From: Arcanobacterium sp.
Lineage (GTDB): Bacteria > Actinomycetota > Actinomycetes > Actinomycetales > Actinomycetaceae
Assembly: GCA_034173665.1 (NCBI GenBank)
Contig: JAXFDG010000192.1
Coordinates: forward strand, 1 to 32,753
Length of the DNA stretch: 32,753 bases
Reading direction: 5' to 3'
Shown piece by piece: positions 17,056 to 25,326 of the stretch. Each line of letters opens with the position of its first letter. Positions within the stretch are counted from its first letter, which is position 1. The notes below the pieces were generated by a model, which did no database searches, was not told where the DNA came from, and saw only the letters and a program-made list of their open reading frames with translations. The translations under genes were made by a program, and so were the position numbers.

Positions 17056-18195
17056 TTAATTCAATAACTCTAAAATTCGATGCAGATCCTCGATAGAAGC
17101 AAAATCGATAGTGATTTTCCCTTTGCGTAGTCCCATCTGTAGCTTCACTCGAGTGTCAAGCTTATCGGTAAGCATTCCTGCAATTTCAAGCAGTTCAGGA
17201 TCCTCGATCTTTGGTCTTCTCGTACGTGGTGGCGAAACTTCAGTTCCTTCATCACCGATAGCTACTATTTCTTCAGTTGCACGAACCGACAACCCCTCCG
17301 CAACAATCCTTTGCGCTAGCTTTTCCATTGCTGCGGCATCAATCAAGCCTAATAATGCACGAGCATGCCCCGCTGAAAGAACACCTGAAGCAACTCGACG
17401 CTGAACCAAAGGTGGTAACTTCATAAGACGCAAAGTGTTTGAAATTTGTGGACGCGAACGAGCAATTCTTCGTGAAAGTTCCTCTTGTGTGCATCCAAAA
17501 TCTTCAAGTAGCTGTTGATAAGCTGCCGCTTCTTCAAGCGGGTTCAACTGTGCACGATGTAAATTTTCTAGTAACGCATCACGTAAAAGATCAACATCTT
17601 CCGTATGTCTAATAATTGCTGGAACGACCTTCAAGCCAGCCAAAGTTGTGGCTCGCCAACGACGTTCCCCCATAATCAGTTCATATTTTGCTTTTGGATT
17701 GCTTTCCAGCTTGTTTTGTAGTGGACGAACCACAATTGGTTGTAAAACTCCAACCTCTAATATAGAAGCGCGCAGTTCTTCTAAATCATCTTCATCGAAA
17801 ATTTGTCGGGGCTGCTTTGTATTTGGAACTATTTCTTCTACTGAAATTTCTCCGTATGTTGTGCCTGGAACTGGCAATAGCTCTACCTCTGTTTGTTCCG
17901 TTTCACGTGAAACATTTTCTTGTTTTTCTGTCTCTGAAACAATGTTCGAAACTTCCGAATCTTTCAAAGAAGACTTTCTCTTTGGTTTTGAAGAATTCTG
18001 CTTTTGAGATAATTTTTCTGAATCTTGATTTAAAGAGTCTTTTTCTTTAAGAGCAGCATCGACTAAAACAGATTCTTCTGTTGCTTGATCATTTTTGCCG
18101 AAGAAAACATCAATGGGTCGATTTTTTGATTCTCTTTGTTGCTCAGGGATTAATGCTCCGATACCGCGCCCCAGCCCTCTTCTTTTTTCCGCCAT
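17056..18195 (-). CDS. parB: Chromosome partitioning protein ParB
   Basis: RRGLGRGIGALIP N-terminus, QPRQIF, GERRWRA, ENLHRAQLNPLEEA, HTH region. Confidence 0.97.
   Translation of the reverse strand: MAEKRRGLGRGIGALIPEQQRESKNRPIDVFFGKNDQATEESVLVDAALKEKDSLNQDSEKLSQKQNSSKPKRKSSLKDSEVSNIVSETEKQENVSRETEQTEVELLPVPGTTYGEISVEEIVPNTKQPRQIFDEDDLEELRASILEVGVLQPIVVRPLQNKLESNPKAKYELIMGERRWRATTLAGLKVVPAIIRHTEDVDLLRDALLENLHRAQLNPLEEAAAYQQLLEDFGCTQEELSRRIARSRPQISNTLRLMKLPPLVQRRVASGVLSAGHARALLGLIDAAAMEKLAQRIVAEGLSVRATEEIVAIGDEGTEVSPPRTRRPKIEDPELLEIAGMLTDKLDTRVKLQMGLRKGKITIDFASIEDLHRILELLN
17899..17914. promoter_or_regulatory. parS site inside parB
   Basis: CGTTTCACGTGAAACA, 15/16 match to TGTTTCACGTGAAACA. 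Confidence 0.88.
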
Positions 18196-18438
18196 TTGTC
18201 TCTGCTCCTATCAACAATTTCAAAACAATTATAAAACTTTAATAAGAAATAATTAACTCGCTATAAAACACAGGTTAGAAATGTGAATTATTAAAAATAA
18301 CAAATTAAGTAGTCCAACAAGATTCTTCAAAATTCTTCCAACAATAAATTTCTTAAAAGATAAACAAATAACGGCAAAACAAAACAGAGTAAGTTAGTTA
18401 TAGATAAAGAATCATCAGCAAACAGAACATAAGATACG

Positions 18439-18472
18439 TTTTCTAAATGTTTCACGTGAAACATTTAGAAAA
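18439..18472. promoter_or_regulatory. parS site in a 34-bp perfect palindrome just after the parA stop
   Basis: TTTTCTAAA-TGTTTCACGTGAAACA-TTTAGAAAA; core at 18448-18463. Confidence 0.93.
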
Positions 18473-18473
18473 T

Positions 18474-19412
18474 TTATCCACGGTCTGCAATCTCTTTTGC
18501 TGCTGCTAAATAAGCAACGCCACCTGTTGATCTTGGGTCAAAGGTAATAATTGTTTGCTGAAAACTTGGCGCTTCAGCAATTCGCACAGAACGAGGAATT
18601 TCTGTGTTGAGAGTTTGTGAAGGAAAATACTCCCGAACTTCTGCTGCTACTTCTTGTGCCAAGTTTGTTCGTTTGTCGACCATGGTCAATAAAATTGTCG
18701 AAAGTTCTAAATTTTCATTGTATGCCGCACGAACGCTTTCAATAGTCTTGAGTAATTGAGTTAATCCTTCAAGAGCATAGTATTCTGTTTGAATCGGAAT
18801 CATCACTTCATTAGCTGCCACTAAGGAATTCAAAGTAAGCATCCCTAGCGAAGGTGGGCAATCGATAATTACGTAATCAAACTTTTTGAATGTTTCACGT
18901 GAAACATTCAAAAAACTTTCAATCGCATTCCGCATCTTAAAAGCTCTGTCTTCTTCAGAAATTAATTCTATTTCGGCAGAAGAAAGATCTATCGTCGCAG
19001 GCGCAGTAAATAAAGTTGGCAACAATTCATTTTGTTGTAAAACTTCATCAAGAGTTTTAGTGCCAATAATAATATCGTAAATAGACGGTGTGCCTGAAGA
19101 ATGTTCTGCGCCTAAAGCAGTAGACGCGTTTCCTTGCGGATCAGCATCGATTACTACAACATTCAAGCCGCCTTTAGCGAGACCAGCGGCAATATTAACA
19201 GTGGTAGAAGTTTTTCCAACCCCACCTTTTTGATTCGCTACTGCAATAATTCGTGTCTGCTCAGGTTTCTTAAATTTTCCTTGTGAAAGTTTTGCGTATG
19301 CTGAACGATCCTTAGCAAGCTGATCTCCAAGAGGGGAGGAAGACGTCGTCGATACTTTCATGGTTCGGTTACCTGATGTAGGTGAACCTACTTTATTTAG
19401 CGGATCAACCAT
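18474..19412 (-). CDS. parA: Chromosome partitioning ATPase ParA/Soj
   Basis: NQKGGVGKTST, DADPQGNAS, IIDCPPSLG, EYYALEG, IPRSVRIAEAPS. Confidence 0.97.
   Translation of the reverse strand: MVDPLNKVGSPTSGNRTMKVSTTSSSPLGDQLAKDRSAYAKLSQGKFKKPEQTRIIAVANQKGGVGKTSTTVNIAAGLAKGGLNVVVIDADPQGNASTALGAEHSSGTPSIYDIIIGTKTLDEVLQQNELLPTLFTAPATIDLSSAEIELISEEDRAFKMRNAIESFLNVSRETFKKFDYVIIDCPPSLGMLTLNSLVAANEVMIPIQTEYYALEGLTQLLKTIESVRAAYNENLELSTILLTMVDKRTNLAQEVAAEVREYFPSQTLNTEIPRSVRIAEAPSFQQTIITFDPRSTGGVAYLAAAKEIADRG
18883..18914. promoter_or_regulatory. parS site in a 32-bp perfect palindrome inside parA
   Basis: TTTTTGAA-TGTTTCACGTGAAACA-TTCAAAAA; core at 18891-18906. Confidence 0.92.
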
Positions 19413-19448
19413 ATTAATCCCTCCTCTTGTCGATTAAATAATCCTACT

Positions 19449-20078
19449 TTAACTTTTCTTAATTTCCACAACACGTGTGCCTTCTGCCGATGCTTTAACA
19501 TCAACATCATGAATATCAACCCATTCGGCACCATATTTTCGAAGTATTGAACTTGCTTCCTCAATCTCTTGTTCAGCACGTCCACCTTTTAATGCCAAAA
19601 GTTTTCCATTACTTTCAACTAGTGGCATAGTCCAAGGTAATAATTTTTTCAAAGCAGCAACAGCACGTGCAGTCACATACTTTGTCGAATGCTTACCAAT
19701 AAATTCCTCGGCTCTACCATGAAGTAAAACTACATTAGACAAATTGAGCTTTTCTTTTACGTAATCCAACCAAAGAATACGTCGTTCCATGGTTTCAAGA
19801 AGATAAACCGTTACGTCTGGTCGAATAATTGCGATAACTATGCCAGGGAAGCCTGCCCCTGAACCAACATCGGTTATATCCGAGTTTTCGGACAAAAAGG
19901 ATTCGATGGCTGTTGAGTTAAGAATATGCCTGGTCCAAAGCTTTTCAAGTTCACGTGGGCCAATTAATCCCCGAAGCTCACCCTCTTCAACAAGTAAAGA
20001 AGCAAACTTTTGAAGTTTTTCCCAAGCTTGTGCGCCAAAAAAGTCTTCGCCATGAAGTGGAGTTGGTTCAATATTCAT
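19449..20078 (-). CDS. rsmG: 16S rRNA m7G527 methyltransferase
   Basis: RGLIGPRE..LWTRHILNS, DVGSGAGFPG, VTARAVA. Confidence 0.96.
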   Translation of the reverse strand: MNIEPTPLHGEDFFGAQAWEKLQKFASLLVEEGELRGLIGPRELEKLWTRHILNSTAIESFLSENSDITDVGSGAGFPGIVIAIIRPDVTVYLLETMERRILWLDYVKEKLNLSNVVLLHGRAEEFIGKHSTKYVTARAVAALKKLLPWTMPLVESNGKLLALKGGRAEQEIEEASSILRKYGAEWVDIHDVDVKASAEGTRVVEIKKS

Positions 20079-20104
20079 TGATTAAGCCCTCAAGCTTTTA
20101 CCTT

Positions 20105-20152
20105 ATTAAAGATTACTAATTATCATCAGTTCAATAGTTAGTAATCTTTAAT
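20105..20152. terminator. AT-rich stem-loop between jag and rsmG
   Basis: Perfect 15-bp arms ATTAAAGATTACTAA / TTAGTAATCTTTAAT. Function uncertain. Confidence 0.45.
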
Positions 20153-20156
20153 TCTT

Positions 20157-20741
20157 TTACTCTGGCGAATCAGCAGATTCAGCGGAATCAGAAGAATATG
20201 CTGACTCAGCAGAATCTACATATTCAATTTCCTCTTCGTCACGCAAACTAATCACAACGTGTCGCTCAGGGCCAATCCCGGAAGAATCAGATGAAAGACC
20301 GTTTGCTGCCACAACATCATGAACGACTTTACGTTCAAAAGGATTCATTGGACGAAGCGCATAAGACTCTCCAGATTCCAAAACTTTTTGCACTGCACGT
20401 TCTGCAATTTCGCGAATCTTTGCCCGGTGTCCATCCCGATATCCTAATAAATCAAGTAATAGTCGGGAACGTGTACCTGTTTGTGTTTGTACCGCAAGGC
20501 GCGTAAGTTCTTGCAAAGAATCAAGAGTTTCTCCACGCTTACCAATCAAACGCTTTAGCCGACGATCCCCGCCGTCTTCAGCAACAATTGCTACTGATGC
20601 ACGTTCTCCCCGAACTGTAATCTCAATATCACCATCAAGATCTGCAATATCTAGGAGCTCTTCAAGATAATCAGCTGCGAAATCTCCCTCTTCTTCGAGT
20701 AATTCACGCAGTGTTTTTTCTTCGAGTTCTTCTTCATTCAT
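20157..20741 (-). CDS. jag: Jag/EloR (KhpB)-family RNA-binding protein, KH + R3H
   Basis: AADYLEELLDIADLDGDI, LIGKRGETLDSLQ, MNPFERKVVHD; low-complexity DSAES tail. Confidence 0.92.
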   Translation of the reverse strand: MNEEELEEKTLRELLEEEGDFAADYLEELLDIADLDGDIEITVRGERASVAIVAEDGGDRRLKRLIGKRGETLDSLQELTRLAVQTQTGTRSRLLLDLLGYRDGHRAKIREIAERAVQKVLESGESYALRPMNPFERKVVHDVVAANGLSSDSSGIGPERHVVISLRDEEEIEYVDSAESAYSSDSAESADSPE

Positions 20742-20780
20742 AGTTATTCCTTCAGTTAAATCGCATACTTGCGAGAAAGA

Positions 20781-21950
20781 TTAGAAATTGCGCTGCTTCT
20801 TATTTTGTGACTGCTTTGCGCTCCGTGCAGACTTCTTTGCTTGTGCACGCTGACGTTCAGCCATTCGCCGTTCATACCGTTTCTGAGCTCGTTCAGCATC
20901 AGTTAAACCATCTTTACCGCGAACTTCACCATTCTCTTCAACTTCTGAAGAGGTAAAGGATGTTTCTTCAAAAGCACCCTTTGCAGCAGCCTTCTTTGAA
21001 CGGTTCTTTCCTAATGGTTGTTCCCGTTGCCCAATTTGCTCACCGGCTAAAAAGTCGTCTTCCTCTGGTGGAAGTCCCTTTGCAATACGCTTCTTACGCA
21101 AACGTTCTTGACGTGCTTTATATGCAGGAGAACCAGGAGCAGGATGAGTTGTAATCATGTAGGTCTGCTGACCAATATTCCAGAAGTTTGAAGTAAGCCA
21201 GTAAACGAGCACGCCAATCTGGAATGCGGCACCCGAGAAAACATAAATCAAAGGCATTCCATAAAGCATGTACCTTTGTGTTTTGTACATCGGAGAATTA
21301 GGATCCATTGCCTCTGGTGGCATATTTTTCGTCATAATCTGCTTTTGCGTGAAAAACAGCGTAATAATCATTAAAGCAATTAGAACAACTGCAACAACAA
21401 TAATGTTTGTTGGGAAATCGTATGCGCCCGCAGTGCTAATTGATGATGAAAGCGGAGCCTTAAAAATCGTTGAATCTGCAATTTGCTGTGCAACAGCTTG
21501 ATTAATTGGACCAATCGAAGTTACTTCACCATTGAAATATGTGCCTTCAGCAAGTGGACGAACCGCATAGAGTAGCCGGAACAAAGAGAAGAAAATTGGC
21601 ATCTGCACCAACACTGGCAAACAAGAAGCAAATGGTGAAGTACCGTGATCACGGTAAAGAGCCATCATTTCTTGCTGCATTCGCTGCTGCGAAACTTGAT
21701 CTTTCCGACCCTTATATTTTGCTTGAATCTTCTTTGCTTCAGGGGCAAGCATCTGCTGCACACGTGTTGCCCGCATTTGCTTGTTAAAGAGTGGAATCAT
21801 CAACAATCTAACAACTAACGTGAGGCCAACAATAGCGAGAACCCAGGCTGCACCTGCCCCAGATGTAAGACCAATTGAAGTCAAGGCAGTATGTACGATG
21901 TACATAATCCAAGAAATAACCCACATAATCGGGTAGAGGATTGTATCCAC
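20781..21950 (-). CDS. yidC: Membrane protein insertase YidC
   Basis: LTLVVRLLMIPL, SCLPVLVQMPIF, VYWLTSNFW; basic C-terminal tail. Confidence 0.96.
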   Translation of the reverse strand: MDTILYPIMWVISWIMYIVHTALTSIGLTSGAGAAWVLAIVGLTLVVRLLMIPLFNKQMRATRVQQMLAPEAKKIQAKYKGRKDQVSQQRMQQEMMALYRDHGTSPFASCLPVLVQMPIFFSLFRLLYAVRPLAEGTYFNGEVTSIGPINQAVAQQIADSTIFKAPLSSSISTAGAYDFPTNIIVVAVVLIALMIITLFFTQKQIMTKNMPPEAMDPNSPMYKTQRYMLYGMPLIYVFSGAAFQIGVLVYWLTSNFWNIGQQTYMITTHPAPGSPAYKARQERLRKKRIAKGLPPEEDDFLAGEQIGQREQPLGKNRSKKAAAKGAFEETSFTSSEVEENGEVRGKDGLTDAERAQKRYERRMAERQRAQAKKSARSAKQSQNKKQRNF

Positions 21951-22058
21951 AGTAGCTCTTTCTGTTATTGCCTCGTGTTCCGAAGAACATTACGCGCGTT
22001 TCGATTTTTATTCTTTGTGCTTCAACAAGTTAAAACACAATTATAAGTTTGTTCCGTA

Positions 22059-22385
22059 TTACTTGGAATTTTCCACACTACTTGAAGCCATAGAATCAAT
22101 ATCTGCTTCTTCGGTTTGAGCCCGGTATTCCATTAATTCAGCATAACCAAGAGGTTTTCTTGGCCAGCTACCTTTTTCTGGAACCCAATCAACTCCGCCC
22201 TTACTCCAAGGATTACAGCGCAGAATCCGCCAACTACTTAAAATTGTACCCTTGAACGCACCATGAATCTGAATTGAATTTATCGCGTACTGTGAACAAG
22301 TTGGCTCATATTTACAACGTCTAGGTAACCCTGCTGAAATATGCCGCTGATAAATGTGAATCAGTTTTATAAGTAGTTGCTTCAT
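22059..22385 (-). CDS. yidD: Membrane protein insertion efficiency factor YidD
   Basis: YQRHIS...CKYEPTCSQY...RILRCNPWSKGG.D. Confidence 0.95.
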   Translation of the reverse strand: MKQLLIKLIHIYQRHISAGLPRRCKYEPTCSQYAINSIQIHGAFKGTILSSWRILRCNPWSKGGVDWVPEKGSWPRKPLGYAELMEYRAQTEEADIDSMASSSVENSK

Positions 22386-22768
22386 TAACTTAATTCCACC
22401 GATTTAGTTGGTTTTTCAGTATCAGTTTGAAAAACACCTAGACGAACCAACTCATGAATCAATTTTTCTTTTAATTCATGTGATGACGCCGTGGAAGCAG
22501 GTTTTTGTGCCCGAATTACAATTTGTTGCGCCGTAATATTTGGCAACAAATCCCGCACTATGTGCCGTAGTCTTCGGGTAACTTTATGCCTAATTACTGA
22601 ATTCCCAACTTTTTTTCCGACGACGAAGCCGACCTTCAAGAGGTCGGCTTCATTAGTGTCTTTTATAACGGCATGGACAATAAGTGTCTCATTACCTCTC
22701 CGCTTTGAATTACTAAATACTTCTCGGTATTCAGCTGCTTTACGGAGGCGGTTAACCGTTGGAAGCAT
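22385..22768 (-). CDS. rnpA: Ribonuclease P protein component
   Basis: MLP..NRLR, VGFVVGKKVGNSVIRHKVTRRLRH. Confidence 0.95.
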   Translation of the reverse strand: MLPTVNRLRKAAEYREVFSNSKRRGNETLIVHAVIKDTNEADLLKVGFVVGKKVGNSVIRHKVTRRLRHIVRDLLPNITAQQIVIRAQKPASTASSHELKEKLIHELVRLGVFQTDTEKPTKSVELS

Positions 22769-22771
22769 TGC

Positions 22772-22912
22772 TTATGCAGAGATGCTTGCGCGGCCCTTAC
22801 GACGACGAGCAGCAAGAACTGCACGACCCGCACGGGTGCTCATGCGCTTACGGAAACCGTGTACCTTTGCACGACGACGGTTGTTCGGCTGGAACGTACG
22901 CTTGGTGGTCAT
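22772..22912 (-). CDS. rpmH: 50S ribosomal protein bL34
   Basis: [24 protein letters not shown]...RRRKGR, 46 aa. Start corrected to 22912, with GGGAG upstream. Confidence 0.97.
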   Translation of the reverse strand: MTTKRTFQPNNRRRAKVHGFRKRMSTRAGRAVLAARRRKGRASISA

Positions 22913-22991
22913 GGGTAATCTCCCATTTGCTATTAGGTGGACACAATGCCGAAGCATTGCGGTGTGCACTGGTTGCACACTTGACCTAAGC

Positions 22992-23021
22992 ACTCTACGC
23001 GATTTTTCCCTATTTGGTCAA
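22992..23021 (-). promoter_or_regulatory. SigmaA-type promoter of rpmH
   Basis: Minus strand TTGACC-N18-TAGAGT. Confidence 0.7.
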
Positions 23022-23096
23022 TAGCTCAACGCCCGCTCGTGACTGATATCTCAAGGAGATCAGCGGGAAAAAATTGGATTCATTACATTTTAAAAA

Positions 23097-23290
23097 TCAT
23101 CCACATTTGTTGAAAACTTTCAGGTTTTTATTTTTTGGCTAACTACTGCGAAAAAGCAAAGTAAATTACACGCGTGTAATATCCACAGTTGTGTACACAT
23201 TTGTGGATAACTGCCCTGACTTTTTTGAAAACTTGTTTTAATATTGCTTCAGAAATTGTTTTATCAACAAGAATTTTAAAGTTACACACA
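23097..23290. other. oriC part 1: DnaA-box cluster upstream of dnaA
   Basis: TCATCCACA 23097, ATATCCACA 23179, perfect TGTGGATAA 23202, TTATCAACA 23261, TTACACACA 23282. Confidence 0.85.
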
Positions 23291-23339
23291 GGCAATGATA
23301 ATTTGTTCCATTCTCGGAACAGGAGAAGAGTAGACCACC

Positions 23340-25022
23340 ATGACCGAAGGATTTGCTGCAGCAAATGCATGGACCGCTGCAACAGAATTATTACGTGCAG
23401 AAGGTCGTCTCTCTAATCCACAAAACGCTTTTATTCGTCTTGTTCAACCATTAGCAACCGTTGACGATAAATTTATTGTCAGTGTTGGCTCTGACTTTAT
23501 TAAAGATTGGATTCTTGAACACGTTGCGCCAGTTATGGTTCCACAATTAACCGCAATTCTTGGCCGTAACGTACATCTTGTAATTACCGTTGATCCAGCA
23601 CTTTCAGAACAGGCAGAAATCTCATCAAGCTCTGCATCAACAACCGCAAATTCTGCATTACCAACCGCAAATGTTGCCGTACCTTCTCTTGATTCTGAAC
23701 ATAGTTTTTCTCCTGAACCAACACATCCCCATACACCTACTTTTTCCGAAGAAACCACTTTTCAATTAACTGAACAACAAAATGAAAATTATTTTGCAGA
23801 AACTACCGCTACAAGAAGAGATATTCCTTTTCTAGAAACAAACATTGCTTATGCGAGTCAAACTTTCACTGAGAAAACAGAAGAATCGCATATTTCATAT
23901 CCTTCTTCAGCTACTTCTTCGACGCAGAAGATAAACTCTGAAAAAAATCTACCCTCTTTTTCAAATACCATTGATAAATCAGGTCTTAATCCACGTTATA
24001 CCTTTGATAATTTTGTTATCGGTGATTCCAATCGTTTTGCTCATGCAACAGCATTAGCTGTTTCAGATGATCCAGGTAAGATCTACAATCCACTTTTCCT
24101 TTATTCAGATTCTGGAATGGGAAAAACACATTTATTACATGCCATTGGAAATTCTGTTCGGATGACAAATCCGGAAAAACGTGTTCGATATACTTCTTCT
24201 GAAGAATTTATGAATGCTTTTATTAATGCTTTACGCGATAAACATCAACGTGAATTCAAAGACGAATTTAGAAATGTTGATGTTTTATTGATTGACGATA
24301 TTCAATTTCTTGCTCAGGCAGAAAACACAGTTGAAGAGTTTTTCCATACCTTTAATGTTCTTTCAACTGCTGATAAACAAATTGTTATTACTTCCGACGT
24401 CGCACCACATTTACTTCACGGTTTTAATGACCGAATGATTTCTCGTTTTGCTTCAGGAATTACTGCAAGTATTGATGTTCCAAGTTTAGAAACACGTATT
24501 GCAATCTTGGAGAAAAAAAGTCTTGCTGAGCAAATGACAGTTCCACGAGCAGTTCTTGAGTATATTGCTTCAAAAATGACTTCTTCAGTTCGAGATATTG
24601 AAGGAGCTTTGCGAAGAGTTGCAGCATACGGTGATTTATCTGGAGAAGATGTAACTGTTGAATTAGCAGATTTTGTTTTGAAAGACATTTTTAATGATCC
24701 TTCATCAATTCAAATTACTGCCGGAATTATTATGGCTCAAACTGCAAATTATTTTGATATTTCAGTTGAAGATTTGAAATCTCCAACACGAACAAGATCT
24801 TTAACAGTGCCACGACACATTGCTATGTATCTTTGTCGTGAAATGACAGATTTATCTTTGCCAAAAATTGCTGAAGTATTCGATCGTCGTGATCACACTA
24901 CTGTTTTAAATGCATTAAAAAATATTGAACAGCATATGACCACAGATCAGCGACTCTATAATCATCTCTCTGAACTAACGACAAGAATTAAACAGAGTGC
25001 AAAACAACAAGGGCAAAAGTAG
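23340..25022 (+). CDS. dnaA: Chromosomal replication initiator DnaA
   Basis: LNPRYTFDNFVIGDSNRFAHA, YNPLFLY...GKTHLL, LLIDDIQFL, RDHTTV; long S/T/E-rich domain II. Confidence 0.98.
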   Translation: MTEGFAAANAWTAATELLRAEGRLSNPQNAFIRLVQPLATVDDKFIVSVGSDFIKDWILEHVAPVMVPQLTAILGRNVHLVITVDPALSEQAEISSSSASTTANSALPTANVAVPSLDSEHSFSPEPTHPHTPTFSEETTFQLTEQQNENYFAETTATRRDIPFLETNIAYASQTFTEKTEESHISYPSSATSSTQKINSEKNLPSFSNTIDKSGLNPRYTFDNFVIGDSNRFAHATALAVSDDPGKIYNPLFLYSDSGMGKTHLLHAIGNSVRMTNPEKRVRYTSSEEFMNAFINALRDKHQREFKDEFRNVDVLLIDDIQFLAQAENTVEEFFHTFNVLSTADKQIVITSDVAPHLLHGFNDRMISRFASGITASIDVPSLETRIAILEKKSLAEQMTVPRAVLEYIASKMTSSVRDIEGALRRVAAYGDLSGEDVTVELADFVLKDIFNDPSSIQITAGIIMAQTANYFDISVEDLKSPTRTRSLTVPRHIAMYLCREMTDLSLPKIAEVFDRRDHTTVLNALKNIEQHMTTDQRLYNHLSELTTRIKQSAKQQGQK

Positions 25023-25031
25023 TTCAATAAT

Positions 25032-25230
25032 TGTGGATAAGAAACTTTCTTTTGTGTTTATTTCAAAATGAAAATGGTTCATCCACAAAAGAAGAAAACT
25101 TTTCAAAGAGTTTTTACATCTTTAATGTGTATAAAAATCTTTGAAATTACAAAAGAAAAACTAGTTTTCCACAATATCCACAAGACCTACTACTATTACT
25201 ACCTTTAATAAAAGAAAATTGAAATTTCGG
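25032..25230. other. oriC part 2: DnaA boxes, DnaA-trios and AT-rich unwinding element
   Basis: TGTGGATAA 25032, TCATCCACA 25079, TGTGTATAA 25126, tandem TTTTCCACA-ATATCCACA 25165-25182, trios CTACTACTATTACTAC 25187-25202, then an AT-rich stretch. Confidence 0.9.
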
Positions 25231-25326
25231 TTAGTTCCCGCTGCTGTGTTGAAAAAATAAATACTGCAGTATCAAAAACTAAGATTCTGGCGTAAAATCT
25301 TTGCAGAACTATGAAAGAGGTCCGCA

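Noticed and set aside
18474-18482. DnaA-box-like TTATCCACG beside parS, plus single near-boxes in yidC, dciA and gyrA
   Set aside because: Isolated one-mismatch 9-mers are expected by chance in 32 kb of AT-rich DNA.
22491-23024. 177-aa plus-strand ORF antisense to rnpA/rpmH
   Set aside because: Mirror of the conserved minus-strand genes; no independent coding signal.
23143-23416. Small ORFs in the rpmH-dnaA spacer
   Set aside because: They translate DnaA boxes (IHK, VHN, LWIT); the region is explained as origin/promoter DNA.
23600-23980. Long low-complexity insert in DnaA
   Set aside because: This is the variable domain II linker, commonly long in actinobacteria.
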